Source: Felis catus
Lineage: Eukaryota
Length of the DNA stretch: 64,000 nt
Direction: 5' to 3'
NCBI RefSeq assembly: GCF_018350175.1
Contig: NC_058368.1
Coordinates: forward strand, 150,228,001-150,292,000
The notes beneath the pieces were generated by a model. That model was not told where the DNA came from. It saw only the letters and a list, made by a program, of their open reading frames with translations, and did no database searches. The translations under genes and the position numbers were made by a program. This document shows positions 51,729-64,000 of this stretch, piece after piece. Numbering within the stretch: position 1 is the stretch's first letter; the number at the start of each line of letters is the position of its first letter.

Positions 51729-54700
51729 TATGCAGGCGGAAAGGCAACTTTTTTGTGCTGGAAATAGTAGTTACACGGTTAGGAAAAAGGCAGCTAGTAT
51801 TGCTACTGAAAATCATAGTTAAAAGCACTAGATACTGAAATTGTTAGTGTGCTATCAAAGATGAGTAATTTCCTATTCAAGAGAAATAATTATTTGTAGA
51901 AACAGCATCATATGCCATGAAAATGACATCTGAAAAAAATATCGCTAGTAACCATCATTGTCTTAGAAGACTAGAAATCAAGGTTTGTGCAAAATGAAAA
52001 CAAATTTAAAAACAAATTTATTTTGGTGGATTCTTTTCTAGTTGATGGATAATAACAGTAGTAACTATTTGAAATAAAGCATTAATAACATTTCCTTTAA
52101 AAATAAAACTTAGGAATTTATGCAAAGGTTTTTATTTTGTTAAAATCACCTCTGAATTATGGATTTCCAAAATAAACACAGGAATTTTAAATTTTAATTT
52201 GGTACAATAACCATAGAAAATGAGAACGGTATGAAACTAATTTGTTTTAGGCAAATTTTTGTTTCTTTTCACACAATTTGCAAAGTTTTAAATTGCATTT
52301 ATAAAGTAAATTTTTATTGAATGATTTAAAATTTACTCAAACTTCTTCTTATTGCTAATCAATATTTTCCATTTCTGGAGTCCCCTGGATTAGGTAGCTT
52401 AAACTTTGAAATTAGGCATTACATTCTTTTAAAATGTTTAAACATTTGGCATCAAATATTATAATTCATAAATTTTATTTTCCTATTTTTATTTCTACCC
52501 CTTTCTAAGGCTATACTCTAAATAAAAAAAAAATTAAAGTATTAAGTATGCCTAACACTTTGAAATCAATATGTCTAATGAGTGTTTTAAAACATTTTTT
52601 AAAAGACTAGTTAACAAACAAAAAAGTTGCCAAGCTATGAAATGGACCATAGTCTCTTTTTAAAAGCATTATGGTGTGTATACATTTTTATAAATGCTGT
52701 AAGCCAGTTTAAAAAGTTTGAAGTTCCATGTGGTAACTGATACAGATAATTAAATGACAAAATCTGTTGCTAATATTATTTCCATTAGATTTGATTTTCT
52801 TCAAGTGAGTGTTGCCTGTGTTATACTGATTAGTTCAGTTCCTTTGCTGATTTCTATTTCCTAAAAGAAACCTGAGACTTATTCTTTTAATGTACAATAA
52901 AGTTTTAATTTAGTCATCAGTTAGCAATCTTAGATTGCCCTCTATCATAGGCAAGTCGCTAGAAGGTAAAATAACTGACCATTTAAGTTGCAATAATAGG
53001 ACTTTTTAAATGCTCGTAAAGTACCTTTTGATTTTCCATTTTTTTTAATGCCATAATTTTAACTCTTCTTTAAGTTGTCTAGGACAATTACACTGAAACA
53101 ATTCTATTTAATAATAAATCATTATAGTAAGAAAATTACCAAAATTTTGTTCAGTACTCTCCATATGTGACAAATAGTGATAATACTGATAATATTTAGC
53201 TTGCAAAAAATTCATATTGTCATTTTTTAGAGGTACCTTTCCTGAGTTTTTTCTCTTCCTTCACATTTAAAGATTGCAAGCAAGATTGCAAAGACTGTGC
53301 CCCCCCAAAATAACTTATTTAACAGTTTTAACAGTACTGTAAAATTATTTCAATCTGTATTAGAACTGTAGCTAAAAAAAGAAATGTGCCACATATTTTG
53401 CTTAAGTTCTTTTTAACTGTTAAGAACACAGAAAGAAGTCTATTTCATACCATTTTACTCTTTTATGCAGGATCACATAGACTTTTTTTTCTAAAATATT
53501 TATCGAAGTGTCAGAGAAAAATAAAGAGATTTTTTCATATACCTTCTAAAGATTCTCCTAAAGCCAGGATTATATTGATGTATAGACAAAACAGTACTCC
53601 CTTCTACCTTAGAAAAACATTACCTCAAACAGTCCCATGCACCTGACGTACAGCAAAAATGGAATAAATTGTTTAAAAGAATAACTGTGCTGAAAATATC
53701 CTAAATGCTGCAGCACATACCCTGCAAAACAGTTTCTTCTGTTGGGTCAAATACGATATATTTTTCCTAGTGAGAAGTGTCATACTCACTTTATTATTGG
53801 GGGAAGGGTAGCAGAGCTAATTTTCACTTAAGTTGAACAACATTGTTACTATGAGAAAGAACAGCTCAATGAAATGGACATTGGATTTTTAAAATTAAGT
53901 TGGTAGGGACCTTTTAATTATTTTTTTGCTTCAGACACATCTAACTCGTGGTGATGTTTATTTGCGGTAGATTCAGTGGAATGAATTTTGACAAAATGTT
54001 TCAGCTGTCATTTCTGAAGTGGGTAAGTACCTGACATTGTGCTTTCTACACATGAAGATTCTTCCCTTTCAGAATCTTAACTTTTCTCTATATTTGATTA
54101 CTGAAAAACTCAAGTAAATTTAATTTCCCAGGACAGGAAATTATATAGTATTTTTCACACAGAACTTTGTAAAACTATAAGATTGCATGCCTTTTTTTCC
54201 TGGAGCTTTCACATAAAGGTATTTGGATGGACTCTGCTATAGTTTTCCTTTGATCTATTGGGGGTGAAAATACTATCACTAGCACTTTCTTCAATTTCAG
54301 CAGGATAGCCAAGAGATGTTTGCATATAGAAGCTAAAGGCTTTCTTTTGACCTGACAGAGGCCTTCCAGTCCATGCTCAGCGCATATTCACAAAGTACAT
54401 GCATTAATTTTCTCATTCAGCATAGGGAACTTGGAAACATCTGTAAAGACAATGCTTAGAAGCCAAACTCCTTAGAGGAAAAATCTAAGAAGCAAAGTCA
54501 AGTCTTCTTACTTTCAGGCTAAATGTTTAAGTCCCAGGTCCCATTGGGAGGTTTCATTGGAAAGTCAGTCAGCAAAACTCTTGTTTTGTCTCTTCTTACC
54601 AAGTATGACTATTATGATCCAAGGAGACATTTGGCTGGTCTTTACAGCAGCTACCCCGAGAGTCTATCTATATACATGTTTCATGTAAGCCAGTACCCCC

Positions 54701-54849
54701 CCACCACTCCCCATTGCTCAAACCATTTATCAAACACTTCTTTTGGAATTGTTCGACTATCAGCTACTAGAAAAATATTCTTATATATTCTTATATATTT
54801 CTCATATATTCTTAATAGTGAGATTGCACGTTTAAACCCAAGGTATAGA

Positions 54850-55110
54850 TATCTATGTTTACCACACTTGACTCCATATAAGTTTCCCAAAGTCAGTCTT
54901 CTTTTATTGGAGAAAGATTTTCCATTATGAAAAATGTTCAAAGGGGTGGGCAGTAGCCTCTAAAGGCAATTATCAAGAGAACATCCAATACTGGTTTCAG
55001 CAATGGTAGCATCATTGAAACGAGTATTTAATACCTACAAGATGACCACTTTGAAGCATTTGATTTTGATGAATGTTTGGTTATATTAATTAAAATCATC
55101 AGTCATCTGC
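54850..55110 (+). mobile_element. MARNA (non-autonomous mariner relic), 3' part
   Basis: cagcaatggtagcatcattgaaacgagtat...caagatgaccactttgaag...taaaatcatcagtc resembles the MARNA end. Confidence 0.7.
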
Positions 55111-55367
55111 CCTCAAATATCTGCCTGTCACTCCTTTACAAGATCACAGTCTCTTACAGCTCTGCACAAAGCATGACTTGAAAACATACACTTCATAGTC
55201 ACAGTCCCTTTGGATGTAAGCCTTCTGAGTGACAAGGCTTCTTTGTTTATTTGTACAGTGGGTAAAAATTGAAGACAAATCTTTACATATAGTCTAGTAT
55301 TTAACATACTTTAAGACACCACTGAATCACCACACATGTAAATTTGTTAATTTGGGTAAGTTTAAAT

Positions 55368-55370
<3 letters not shown>

Positions 55371-55416
<46 letters not shown>
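55371..55416 (+). repeat. (AT)n microsatellite
   Basis: Read directly. Confidence 0.97.
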
Positions 55417-55421
<5 letters not shown>

Positions 55422-56344
55422 CCGAAAAGACACAAATTTAGAATATAGTAATATGAGCATTTAGTTAATGCACCAATACATATGTAGCCAAATTTAAAAT
55501 TTTGTTTTTAAAATAAAGTATACATACCAGTGCTTAAATGTTTCCAAAGGGTTTGATAAAAACCACCTGATAATTTTAATAACAGTTGTTTTACATATGT
55601 ATTTTTTAATTTAAGAACATTTTCAATTATGTAGAATTATGTGTCAAATTATGAATTTCTAATTTTCTTTTATAGTTACCTTCTCTATTTTCAACAAAGA
55701 CCATACATACATGATATACACTTTTCTGTTCTGAAAACTCTTTTACTGTTTTGTGAGTGCAATTTACCACTAAGAAATAGCTATGTGATGTACGTGATAT
55801 GTGAGAATTCCTAGTCATGCCTAGCAGTGTAGGTGGACTCTAGTATCTTTGTGTAACTTGGTGTTTCTGGCCACTATCAACTAATTATTCCAGTAAAAAA
55901 AGATGAAAGTGAATTCAGGTTTCTCTATCTTAATTCAGCAATGGAAACTTCTCAGTGTTAAGTTGGATGCAATTTCTTAAATTTTGGCAACATTTACACT
56001 CCCACCTCTAGAAGATGCCAAAAGAGAAATCCTAAACATCGTGACCATGAGACCCTATATTAAACACATGGTGGGAACTTCATTGTCTCTGACTGATGAA
56101 TGCGTTGTCTTTTGTGTGGCCAATTCATTGTTTTCTGGTATGTCATACTATGTTATTAAGGATTTTAAGATGGGCTAAAGGCTGTTATTCACTCACTCAT
56201 TTTCTCTCTTAGGAGAAATCATTATTTTTTTTTATTTATGTGGCTCTAAAATTATTCTTTGAGATTTTTTTTTTATGACCTAGTTAGTATGTAGCACTTT
56301 ATTTGTATATATCGTGGTTTAGAAGGTAGAAATCAATCCTTCTC

Positions 56345-56558
56345 GGGCACCTGGCTGGCTCAGTCAGTTAAGCAGCTGACTTCCGCTGAGGTCACGGTTT
56401 CATAGTTTGTGGGTTTGAACACCACATCGAGATTTTTGCTGTCAGCACAGAGCCCACCTTGGATCATCTGTCCCGTCTCTTTCTCTGCCCCTCCCCCACT
56501 GGCATGCACACTCCCTCTCAAAAAATAAAAAATAAACGTAAAAAACAAAACAAAAAAA
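56345..56558 (+). mobile_element. Can-SINE (diverged)
   Basis: gggcacctggctggctcagtcagttaagc head, CT region and A tail. Degenerate TSD aatc(a/c)atcctt. Confidence 0.93.
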
Positions 56559-57364
56559 GGAATCCATCCTTTCTAGCCTTGCTAGTTAAACAATGAGTTT
56601 CATGAGCTCCTCCTTCAGTTTTGACTCTAAGAAACCATGCCATCCTCTTAAGTTACTTTATTTCTCTCTTGACTTAGATAAGAATCCAATGCTGAATCTT
56701 TTTAATAGCTTAGGGAAAAAATCATAAAACTTCATTTTTATTACTGCAATTTATAGGTTTCTGTGACACATTCAGTTTAGAAAAAGAAAGCTGGATCATT
56801 TGAGAAAATGTTCAAAATCAAAATGAGATAGATCTAGATAACTGCTTTGGTAAAATACTGAAATAGCAGGCACACTTACTTAATGATTAAGACAAAACAT
56901 GAGAACAAGGAGTAAGAATCTGGAAACATATTTCCCTTAGTATAATGGAATTACCCTGGGGGCAATTATCCTTACATCCTCACCCAATCCTCTGTGGTTC
57001 TTCTGCAGGCTGTGTAGAGAGAAATTTCCTATGCTTCTCATAGGTCTGATCTTAGTTTCTCTACTTCCTCACTTTTGGCTTCCTTTACTTTTTCCTTCTC
57101 ATTCATTGATCGGTTTGTTATTTTTACAATAGTTTAGGAACTATTTTTGCAATAGTTTAGGAACATCACTACATTGAAATATGGCTTGTTGTATTGTATG
57201 TTGGTGTTGGGTGGGTTCTTAGAGCCAAGGGCTGGATGATCTTTCTGATATTATGGCTCTGAAGCTATTATTTCCGATAAAGTAAGAAATTTTCAGCTCC
57301 AACATCTAACATCTGTTATTAGCTCTCAGCTTCCACTGCATGCAGTACTGCTTTCTTCATAAGT

Positions 57365-57490
57365 ATTAGATTTTAAATTTCTGGAGGGCAGAGATGCTTT
57401 CATTTGCTTTTCCTCTTAATTATCCTTTCCTTGTGGCTAATGGAAATTTGGTTTTGCATAAAGTAGGTGCTAAGAAACTTACTGAAGGAC
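57365..57490 (+). mobile_element. L2 3' end fragment
   Basis: tagattttaaatttctggagggcagaga...aagtaggtgctaagaaacttactgaa. Confidence 0.65.
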
Positions 57491-58621
57491 TTGTCTGCCA
57501 TTAATACTTCCTCTGAAGTGAAACTTGTATAGTCTATGAGAAAATCCAATTAAGGTATCAAATGAACACAAGACAGTTGCTTGCAGAGTAGTTGGTGAAA
57601 ATCTTTTCTTTTTCACCATCAGGGTACTTCTGAGCATATTTCTGAGACTTCCAGACTCTTCCCAGAGATTGAGTCATTTGATTGTACCTGTAACTTCCTG
57701 GTCCAGTCTGAACCAAGAGGTGGAAAACGGAGTGGATTCAAGAAGTTTCAGCTCACTCCTCTGGCAACTCACATTTGCCATACCAGCTCTGACCTTCAAC
57801 CCCAGTTTAGTGAAGTGGCTTCTGCCTTATTTCTTTTGTCTGGACAATTATCTTTGTCATTGCCCATAGCATTTTTTTTTTCTAGAGCCAGACCATTTCT
57901 TGTTCTTATTAATGCCCCTTGAGGCTGGAGTCAGTCTGTGAACAAATGTCAAAATTCACCTCATGCAGACGGACCGTATACCCTTTGAGGATAAATGCCA
58001 AGATACAGAATTTCCTGGCAGACTTAGCCTTTGTGCTTTTTAAGACCACACTCATCTTTTGCTAGATTCCCTATCCAGACCTCCTCTCATGAATAGAGAC
58101 CCATCACCACATCATAGTGGGTCTGTGCCACATGTTGCAGAGGAGATAGCTTGCAGGTTTTCTGTTGAGTCAGTGCCCAACCATGGCTACCCTGGTCCAG
58201 GTAAAGGTATAGTACAAAGCCCAGGCCCTGCAAGTCTGCTCTGTCTCACCATTGCTATTGTTAACCTGTCTCTGTAGGCCTCTATCTACAATGAAGTTGG
58301 GTCACTAGCTGCCTGTATTTCTATCAGAGCTAAACTCAAGAGTTTAGAGTATAAAAGATTAGGAAATTCTGATTTTTACCTACACCTCAATCTAGTAACA
58401 GACAAAGTGATAGCAAAAACCTCAATGAGTAAAAGCCAACAGACTTTCTTAAAATAATGATTCCAGGATCATAATCACACAAGCAGATTTGAATATATTC
58501 TACATTTTGCCATTACATGTAAGCATGTTGAAGCAGTAATGAGCAACACAAATGATGGTGTTTTGTCTCTTTATGCCTCCATGCATGAATATATAAAATC
58601 GTTATTGAAAAAAGTAGATGT

Positions 58622-58829
58622 GAGTCACCTGGGTGGCTCAGTCAGTTAAGTGTCCGACTTCGGCTCAAGTCATGATCTCGCAGTTCGTGGGTTCCAGCCC
58701 TGCGTTGGGCTCTGTGCTGGCAGCTCAGAGCCTGGGAGCCTGCTTTGGATTCTGTCTCCCTCTCTCTCTGTCCTTCCCCCACTTGTGCTCTCTCTCTCTC
58801 TCTCTCTCAAAAATAAATAAACGTTTTTT
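58622..58829 (+). mobile_element. Can-SINE A of the tandem trio
   Basis: TSD aaaaag(t/c)agatgt at 58609-58621 and 58830-58842. Confidence 0.96.
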
Positions 58830-58867
58830 AAAAAGCAGATGTCTTTTTTTTAAAGAAATGAGGCACA

Positions 58868-59076
58868 GGGCGCCTGACTGGCTCAGTCGGTTAAGCATCC
58901 GACTTCGGCTCGGGTCATGATCTCACGGTTTGTGAGTTTGAGCCCTACATCGGGCTCTGGGCTGGCAGCTCAGAGCCTGGGAGCCTGCTTTGGATTCTGT
59001 CTCCCTCTCTCTCTCTGTCCTTCCCCCACTTGTGCTCTCTCTCTCTCTCTCTCTCAAACATAAATAAACGTTTTTT
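58868..59076 (+). mobile_element. Chimeric Can-SINE (5' part from SINE B, 3' part from SINE A)
   Basis: 5' half is identical to 59115-59220. 3' half is near-identical to 58716-58829. Confidence 0.93.
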
Positions 59077-59114
59077 AAAAAGCAGATGTCTTTTTTTTAA
59101 AGAAATGAGGCACA

Positions 59115-59339
59115 GGGCGCCTGACTGGCTCAGTCGGTTAAGCATCCGACTTCGGCTCGGGTCATGATCTCACGGTTTGTGAGTTTGAGCCCTACATCGG
59201 GCTCTGGGCTGGCAGCTCAGGGCCTGGAGCTGCTTCAGATTCTGCGTCTCCCTCTGTCTGCCCTTCTGCTGCTTGCACTCTGTCTCTCACATTTTCTCAA
59301 AAATAAATAAACAATAAAAATTTTTTTAAAATAAAATAA
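59115..59339 (+). mobile_element. Can-SINE B of the tandem trio
   Basis: TSD aaagaaatgaggcaca at 59099-59114 and 59340-59355. Confidence 0.96.
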
Positions 59340-60199
59340 AAAGAAATGAGGCACAAAACACATCTTTATATGCCAATCATTGATTATGTTACCAATAATA
59401 ACTTTAAGCACCTGGACACTTGAGAGCAATTGACATCAAACTGGTGGTTTTCTGGAGAAACACTTACCATCTGCGTAATGTAGGATGAGATTTCCAGCTA
59501 ATACCTAGTTCATATTTGGGGGACATAGTAAGAATGAAAAAGATGTTGCTTACAAAAGGCCTGTTTCTTGACAGTATATGAATAGTGTAACCATTAGTTT
59601 GTGTTCCATTGAAGTGATCAATAGAGAGCCAAATTTTTTCTACTTATAATTGCCAGCAAGCAGAAATGATGGGCATTATTATTTCTGTCTGAAAATAAAA
59701 CCTATTTCTGCTGTTCTGTGATTCTGGTTTCTTCATGCTATGTATTAAGTGCTTCCAATCACAACACATAAAAAGGACCATCTTACATCTTATGTTTTCC
59801 AAATAAAGTTTGTGTTTGATACAAAATGGACCTTATGAAGAAAATATAGATGTCAGAGATTTTTCCAATGGGACAATATTTGATCACAGGCTTCAAAGCA
59901 ATTTTATGTGATGTGGGAAATTATTATACAAAAGGGCAAAGTACTAAGCTATTAATGGCTCAAACAATAATTTTTATTGACTCCACACTAGTAACACCTA
60001 TCACCGTGACTGCCACCTGAACCTAAGTTTTCATCCGTCACTCTTTATCTCAGACAAATTTAATGCATGTTATATAAGTCGGTCCTGTCTTAGCTTAATG
60101 AGTGTTTTCCAAAATGGTGAACTGACACTAGTATTTGTTTCATGACCAGGAGAGTCATGCTCACTCACTTCATCATTACATTTCTCCAGATGGTTTTAA

Positions 60200-60418
60200 T
60201 TTTTTTTATTTTTTTTAACGTTTATTTATTTTTGAGACAGAAAGAGACAGAGCATGAACGGGGGAGGGGCAGAGAGAGAGGGAGACACAGAATCGGAAGC
60301 AGGCTCCAGGCTCTGAGCCATCAGCCCAGAGCCTGACGCAGGGCTCAAACTCACAGACCGCGAGATCGTGACCTGAGCTGAAGTCAAACGCTTAACTGAC
60401 TGAGCCACCCAGGCGCCC
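60200..60418 (-). mobile_element. Young Can-SINE (SINEC_Fc)
   Basis: CpG-retaining, near-consensus copy with a perfect 16-bp TSD ctccagatggttttaa at 60184-60199 and 60419-60434. Confidence 0.98.
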
Positions 60419-62584
60419 CTCCAGATGGTTTTAAACAGAAAAACTCTGGTGAAGAAAGAGACAAGCTACCAGGGTCCATCTGCTTTGGTTCCCAGCTCGT
60501 TTATTTTTATTGATTTTACATTATGACCAATTAATGTGTTTCGTTTATAATGTTGTCTTTTTTATTCAGGAGGATGCCTGTACCCATTGTAGCTTCGCCA
60601 GCACTCACACTCCAAATGACAGCAGCTGGTAGGGGGTCACCAAAGCAACGAACTAATTCCAATTGTCATGATGCGTTGAGTTCTTAGAGCTTCAAGCCAG
60701 TTCCCCTTTTCCTCAGGAGGAGAAAGAAAGAATGAAAGAGAGAAAGAGAGAAAGAAAGACAGAGTTCCTTTTCCCTGAATTGTTGTTATGCCAAAATAGG
60801 AAGTTAAGAACAAGGGAGGCTTCTGGGCTCATGCTGTGATTTAAGAAAAGGAAATAGTTCCCACAGGAAAATCACATACTATTATGTTTGGGCATTGCAT
60901 GTTAGGAAACAAAGAGGCTAGATTTTTTTTTTTTTTTTTCAGAGAGGCAAATGGAACAGTAAAGGGATACAGCTATAGTTTCTATTCTCTAGTCTCTTCA
61001 GAGAGAAAAGAACTGTGTGTGGTTTTGTGAGTGATCACATGTATTTGTATCTTCTTAGTGGCACTGACATGCACACTTCTAGTTTTTGTATTTAATTTCT
61101 GTATTTGTGTCCAAAACTGATTTTTTTTTTGAAAGATCAGTTAGTTGTTAAATAAAGCTTAGAATAATTTACTTGTTTATTGTGATGGCTATGGAGTGTA
61201 GTTTTCAAGTTTGGGTATTTGAATTCATTTTAGAAAAAATTTACAAAATATTGTTATCAAGCGTAGCTATTTAATCTAGTTGTTTTAAAGGGTTAACTGT
61301 GTACCCAAAAAATTTCTTTTACTTTATTTTTTTTCATCAGTCATTAACATAGCTGCCATGCTGTGATTTTCTCCTTTATGACTTTCTTTAAATAGACGTA
61401 CCAAAAGAAATGTTATGTGAGTCAGTCAGTCGAAAGCCTTCTTTCTTGTTCCATAATTAAACAATGCCATTCTTAAAGACAGAAAAATATCTATTTTAGG
61501 AATTTGCTCTTAAAAAAAATACCTTTTATTTGAACAAAATGCAATCAATGCAAAAAATGGCAGTTTGAGATTTTATTGTATGGATGATTGTCTCTTTTTT
61601 TTTTTATTTCCTTAGTGTAAGAGTGGCTTCTTTCACTGATTATCTCAAAATCCTGAATAAAACATAACCTGTTTTATTTTTCTAATCTCTAAATAAAGAT
61701 AATACTTATCATATAAGCTATTTTGAAGAATAAAATGTTAATGATATTAAATTATTTCAATTAAAGTACAGCAGCTCTCTGAAATAAGGATATTCAAGTA
61801 TCAGCTGTTCCGTACTCCAAATCATGTTTTGTCTTGCTTTTCAATTATTTACTCTGTTTTTGATACAAATGAAGAGTTCGTGATGATTTACTAGATGCAA
61901 AGATCCAATTATTAGTTCACTGTTTAATAGAAATGTCCGGATATACTAAACTTTTATGTAAGTGACTTGAAATTTTTTCATTGTACTGATATCGTAAAAG
62001 CTCATTTAAAAACAAATATTGACAAATGTTTCTAAGCAATAGAAACAACACACCAAAAGAGTAGAATTTAAAACTCTAATAGGAAAAGCTGGCCAAGCCC
62101 CATTCATGTAGCAGTTAGAGATTTGTCGTGATCTTTTCTGTCCTATATTCAATTCTGTCTTTTCAAACTCACCCTCACCTAAACTGATTTGCCTGTCTTA
62201 GATCATACACATGAACAATTATTCAAGACTGGGTCTGTGTTGATACCTTCATCATGTAGTGAAGGATGAAGGTGGGATAGAAAAAGAGCTGTAATAATCC
62301 CCATAATTAAAAAACCAGACTCCATCTCCTTCTTACCATCCCTGACGGTGTCATCTGAATAACACGAGCACCTCCCCACTCCCACTCCCCCATCGAGGCT
62401 CCCTTTCTTGACTCTTCTGGAAAGTTATAAGAAAAGAATATAAAGGACAATAAGAAAATGAGAAGATAAAGTAGAGCAGAGAATTAAGGCAAAAGATGGA
62501 AACCTGTCTCTTGAGGAGTTCTTACCCACTGGAAGTGTGGGCAGCAGAACAAGGACAACCAAAAGAATTCAAAGGTGGCTTTGT

Positions 62585-62800
62585 CACTGTAGCTACAGAG
62601 ACCAGGCGTAGAGGCAGATCACATGGTTTCTAACCCTGGATTTACCGCTCCAGCTCTGCCACCTCTAGCAAATTATCTAACCTCATCCGCAAATTAGTGA
62701 CAATAATAGTCCGACCTCAGAGAGCTGCGAGGCTTAAATGAGGTAATATATATAAAGCACCTATCAGAGCGCAATTAGTAAATGCTACCCTTATTATTGT
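62585..62800 (+). mobile_element. MIR SINE
   Basis: ccagctctgccacctctagcaaattatctaacctc...aataatagtccgacctcagagagctgcgaggcttaaatgag...taaagcac. Confidence 0.85.
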
Positions 62801-64000
62801 ACCTTCAGTCCACAAGCATTGTACAAATCACAAAACTACCTATCTACAAATATTGATGACTTCCCTCAAAAGCCTAAGTTACCAAAGGAGAGCCTGACTC
62901 CAAAAGTAAAAACCTGTTTTCATCATGTTTCAAAGGTGACTCCATCTCAAAAGGCTACAATAAGCCAACTCAGACATATCACTGGCACAATGTTAGTCTT
63001 TCAACCTAAGGTAACAGTGGTAGCCATCTAGAGGCAAGGATTCTTATTCTGAGGTTCAGAGACATTTCAACACTCAGGCCTTCAGGAACTTGTGATTTTC
63101 TTCGAGAGAGGGGCGTTAGCCTTTAACCAATTTCCAATGATATCCAGAATGTTAATAAATTTGTCTGCCATCTTTACTTTAAAGAATTTACAAAGGAAAT
63201 TAGCTATGTTACCATATCCAATAGGCAGGCATGAATACAGTTGGTACATGCAACAGGGTTTCTCTGGCCGCACTCCAGGTTCCCACCTTGATTCTGAAAA
63301 CCCTAGATTTAGCTAGGGAGGTAAGAACAGGTGATCTGCTCTGGTTTGAATAGGTCTGATCTTGGAATGTTTCTTTTTCCCTCAAATAACCCTTTCCATC
63401 TACAGGATCTATATCTTTCTCCCTGGGATTAACTGTTCAGATTTGCCCTTGAGTTTCCACTAATAGACCAGCATCTCCAGACCTAAACGTGCTTTTTACA
63501 GGTTCCCTTGATAAAGGAGTTCTGGCCACTGTGTTATGGGTACTCACATAGTGTAGGTATTCAGGCATAGGTATTCAGGCCCCACGCAAAATCCACATGC
63601 TCCAGCTGTGAAATGGGCTGTGAGACTTGCCAGGTCCACCACAGGTACAAAGAATATACGTATAAGGCCAGCTACCCAAATGCCTGATTTGCCATTTTAA
63701 AAAAGAGCTAGTATAATTTAATCCATAATTACTACCTAGGATTCAGAAAAGGGTTTCTCCATTTGCCACCTGCTTTTTGATCCTGGAACAATTGTCATAT
63801 AGTTTTCCAAGTACTTCATCCTGAAGTAAAAGCCAGTCATGTCTAAATTTACATATGTTGGATTATTTGCAAATGGCACCTCAAGAAATCCTATTTTATA
63901 AGCTATTTGAGATGTAAGAATCCCTTCACTCTTTGGTATAATCTCTTCGAAGCCATTTTTTTTTCTTCTTAAAATAAGGATGTTTTCTTCTTAAAAAAGA

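Noticed and set aside
51445..51828. 127-aa F/S/L/P-rich ORF
   Set aside because: It is the antisense translation of the polypurine and (GAAA)n tract.
54523..54930. 135-aa plus-strand ORF
   Set aside because: No recognisable homology, and its 3' end overlaps a decayed MARNA relic.
58609..59355. Repeat-spacer-like periodicity suggestive of a CRISPR or designed array
   Set aside because: The units are SINEs with duplicated, non-unique spacers in eukaryotic DNA, and no cas genes are present.

Overview
This window is AT-rich, CpG-poor mammalian nuclear DNA. It is very probably from a feliform carnivore (cat family), because it holds 13 tRNA-derived Can-SINEs, mostly of the SINEC_Fc type. It also carries many ancient eutherian repeats (MIR, L2, MER5A, MER102-like, MARNA) and several microsatellites. 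I find no protein-coding gene I can recognise. The listed ORFs are short and are either derived from SINEs and simple repeats or look like chance frames. The region looks like a very large intron or a regulatory gene desert: L1 is almost absent, about 15 kb is transposon-poor, there is a strong CTCF motif, and some stretches look like enhancers. The best-supported findings are genome-dynamics events visible directly in the sequence. These are a SINE-SINE unequal-crossover tandem duplication that made a chimeric SINE (58.6-59.35 kb), a TSD-flanked L1 insertion of about 59 bp, a TSD-flanked poly(A)-only insertion, and a closely spaced inverted SINE pair. I see no support for a novel biological system. 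Repeat family names come from recall of consensus sequences, and boundaries of the old repeats are approximate.
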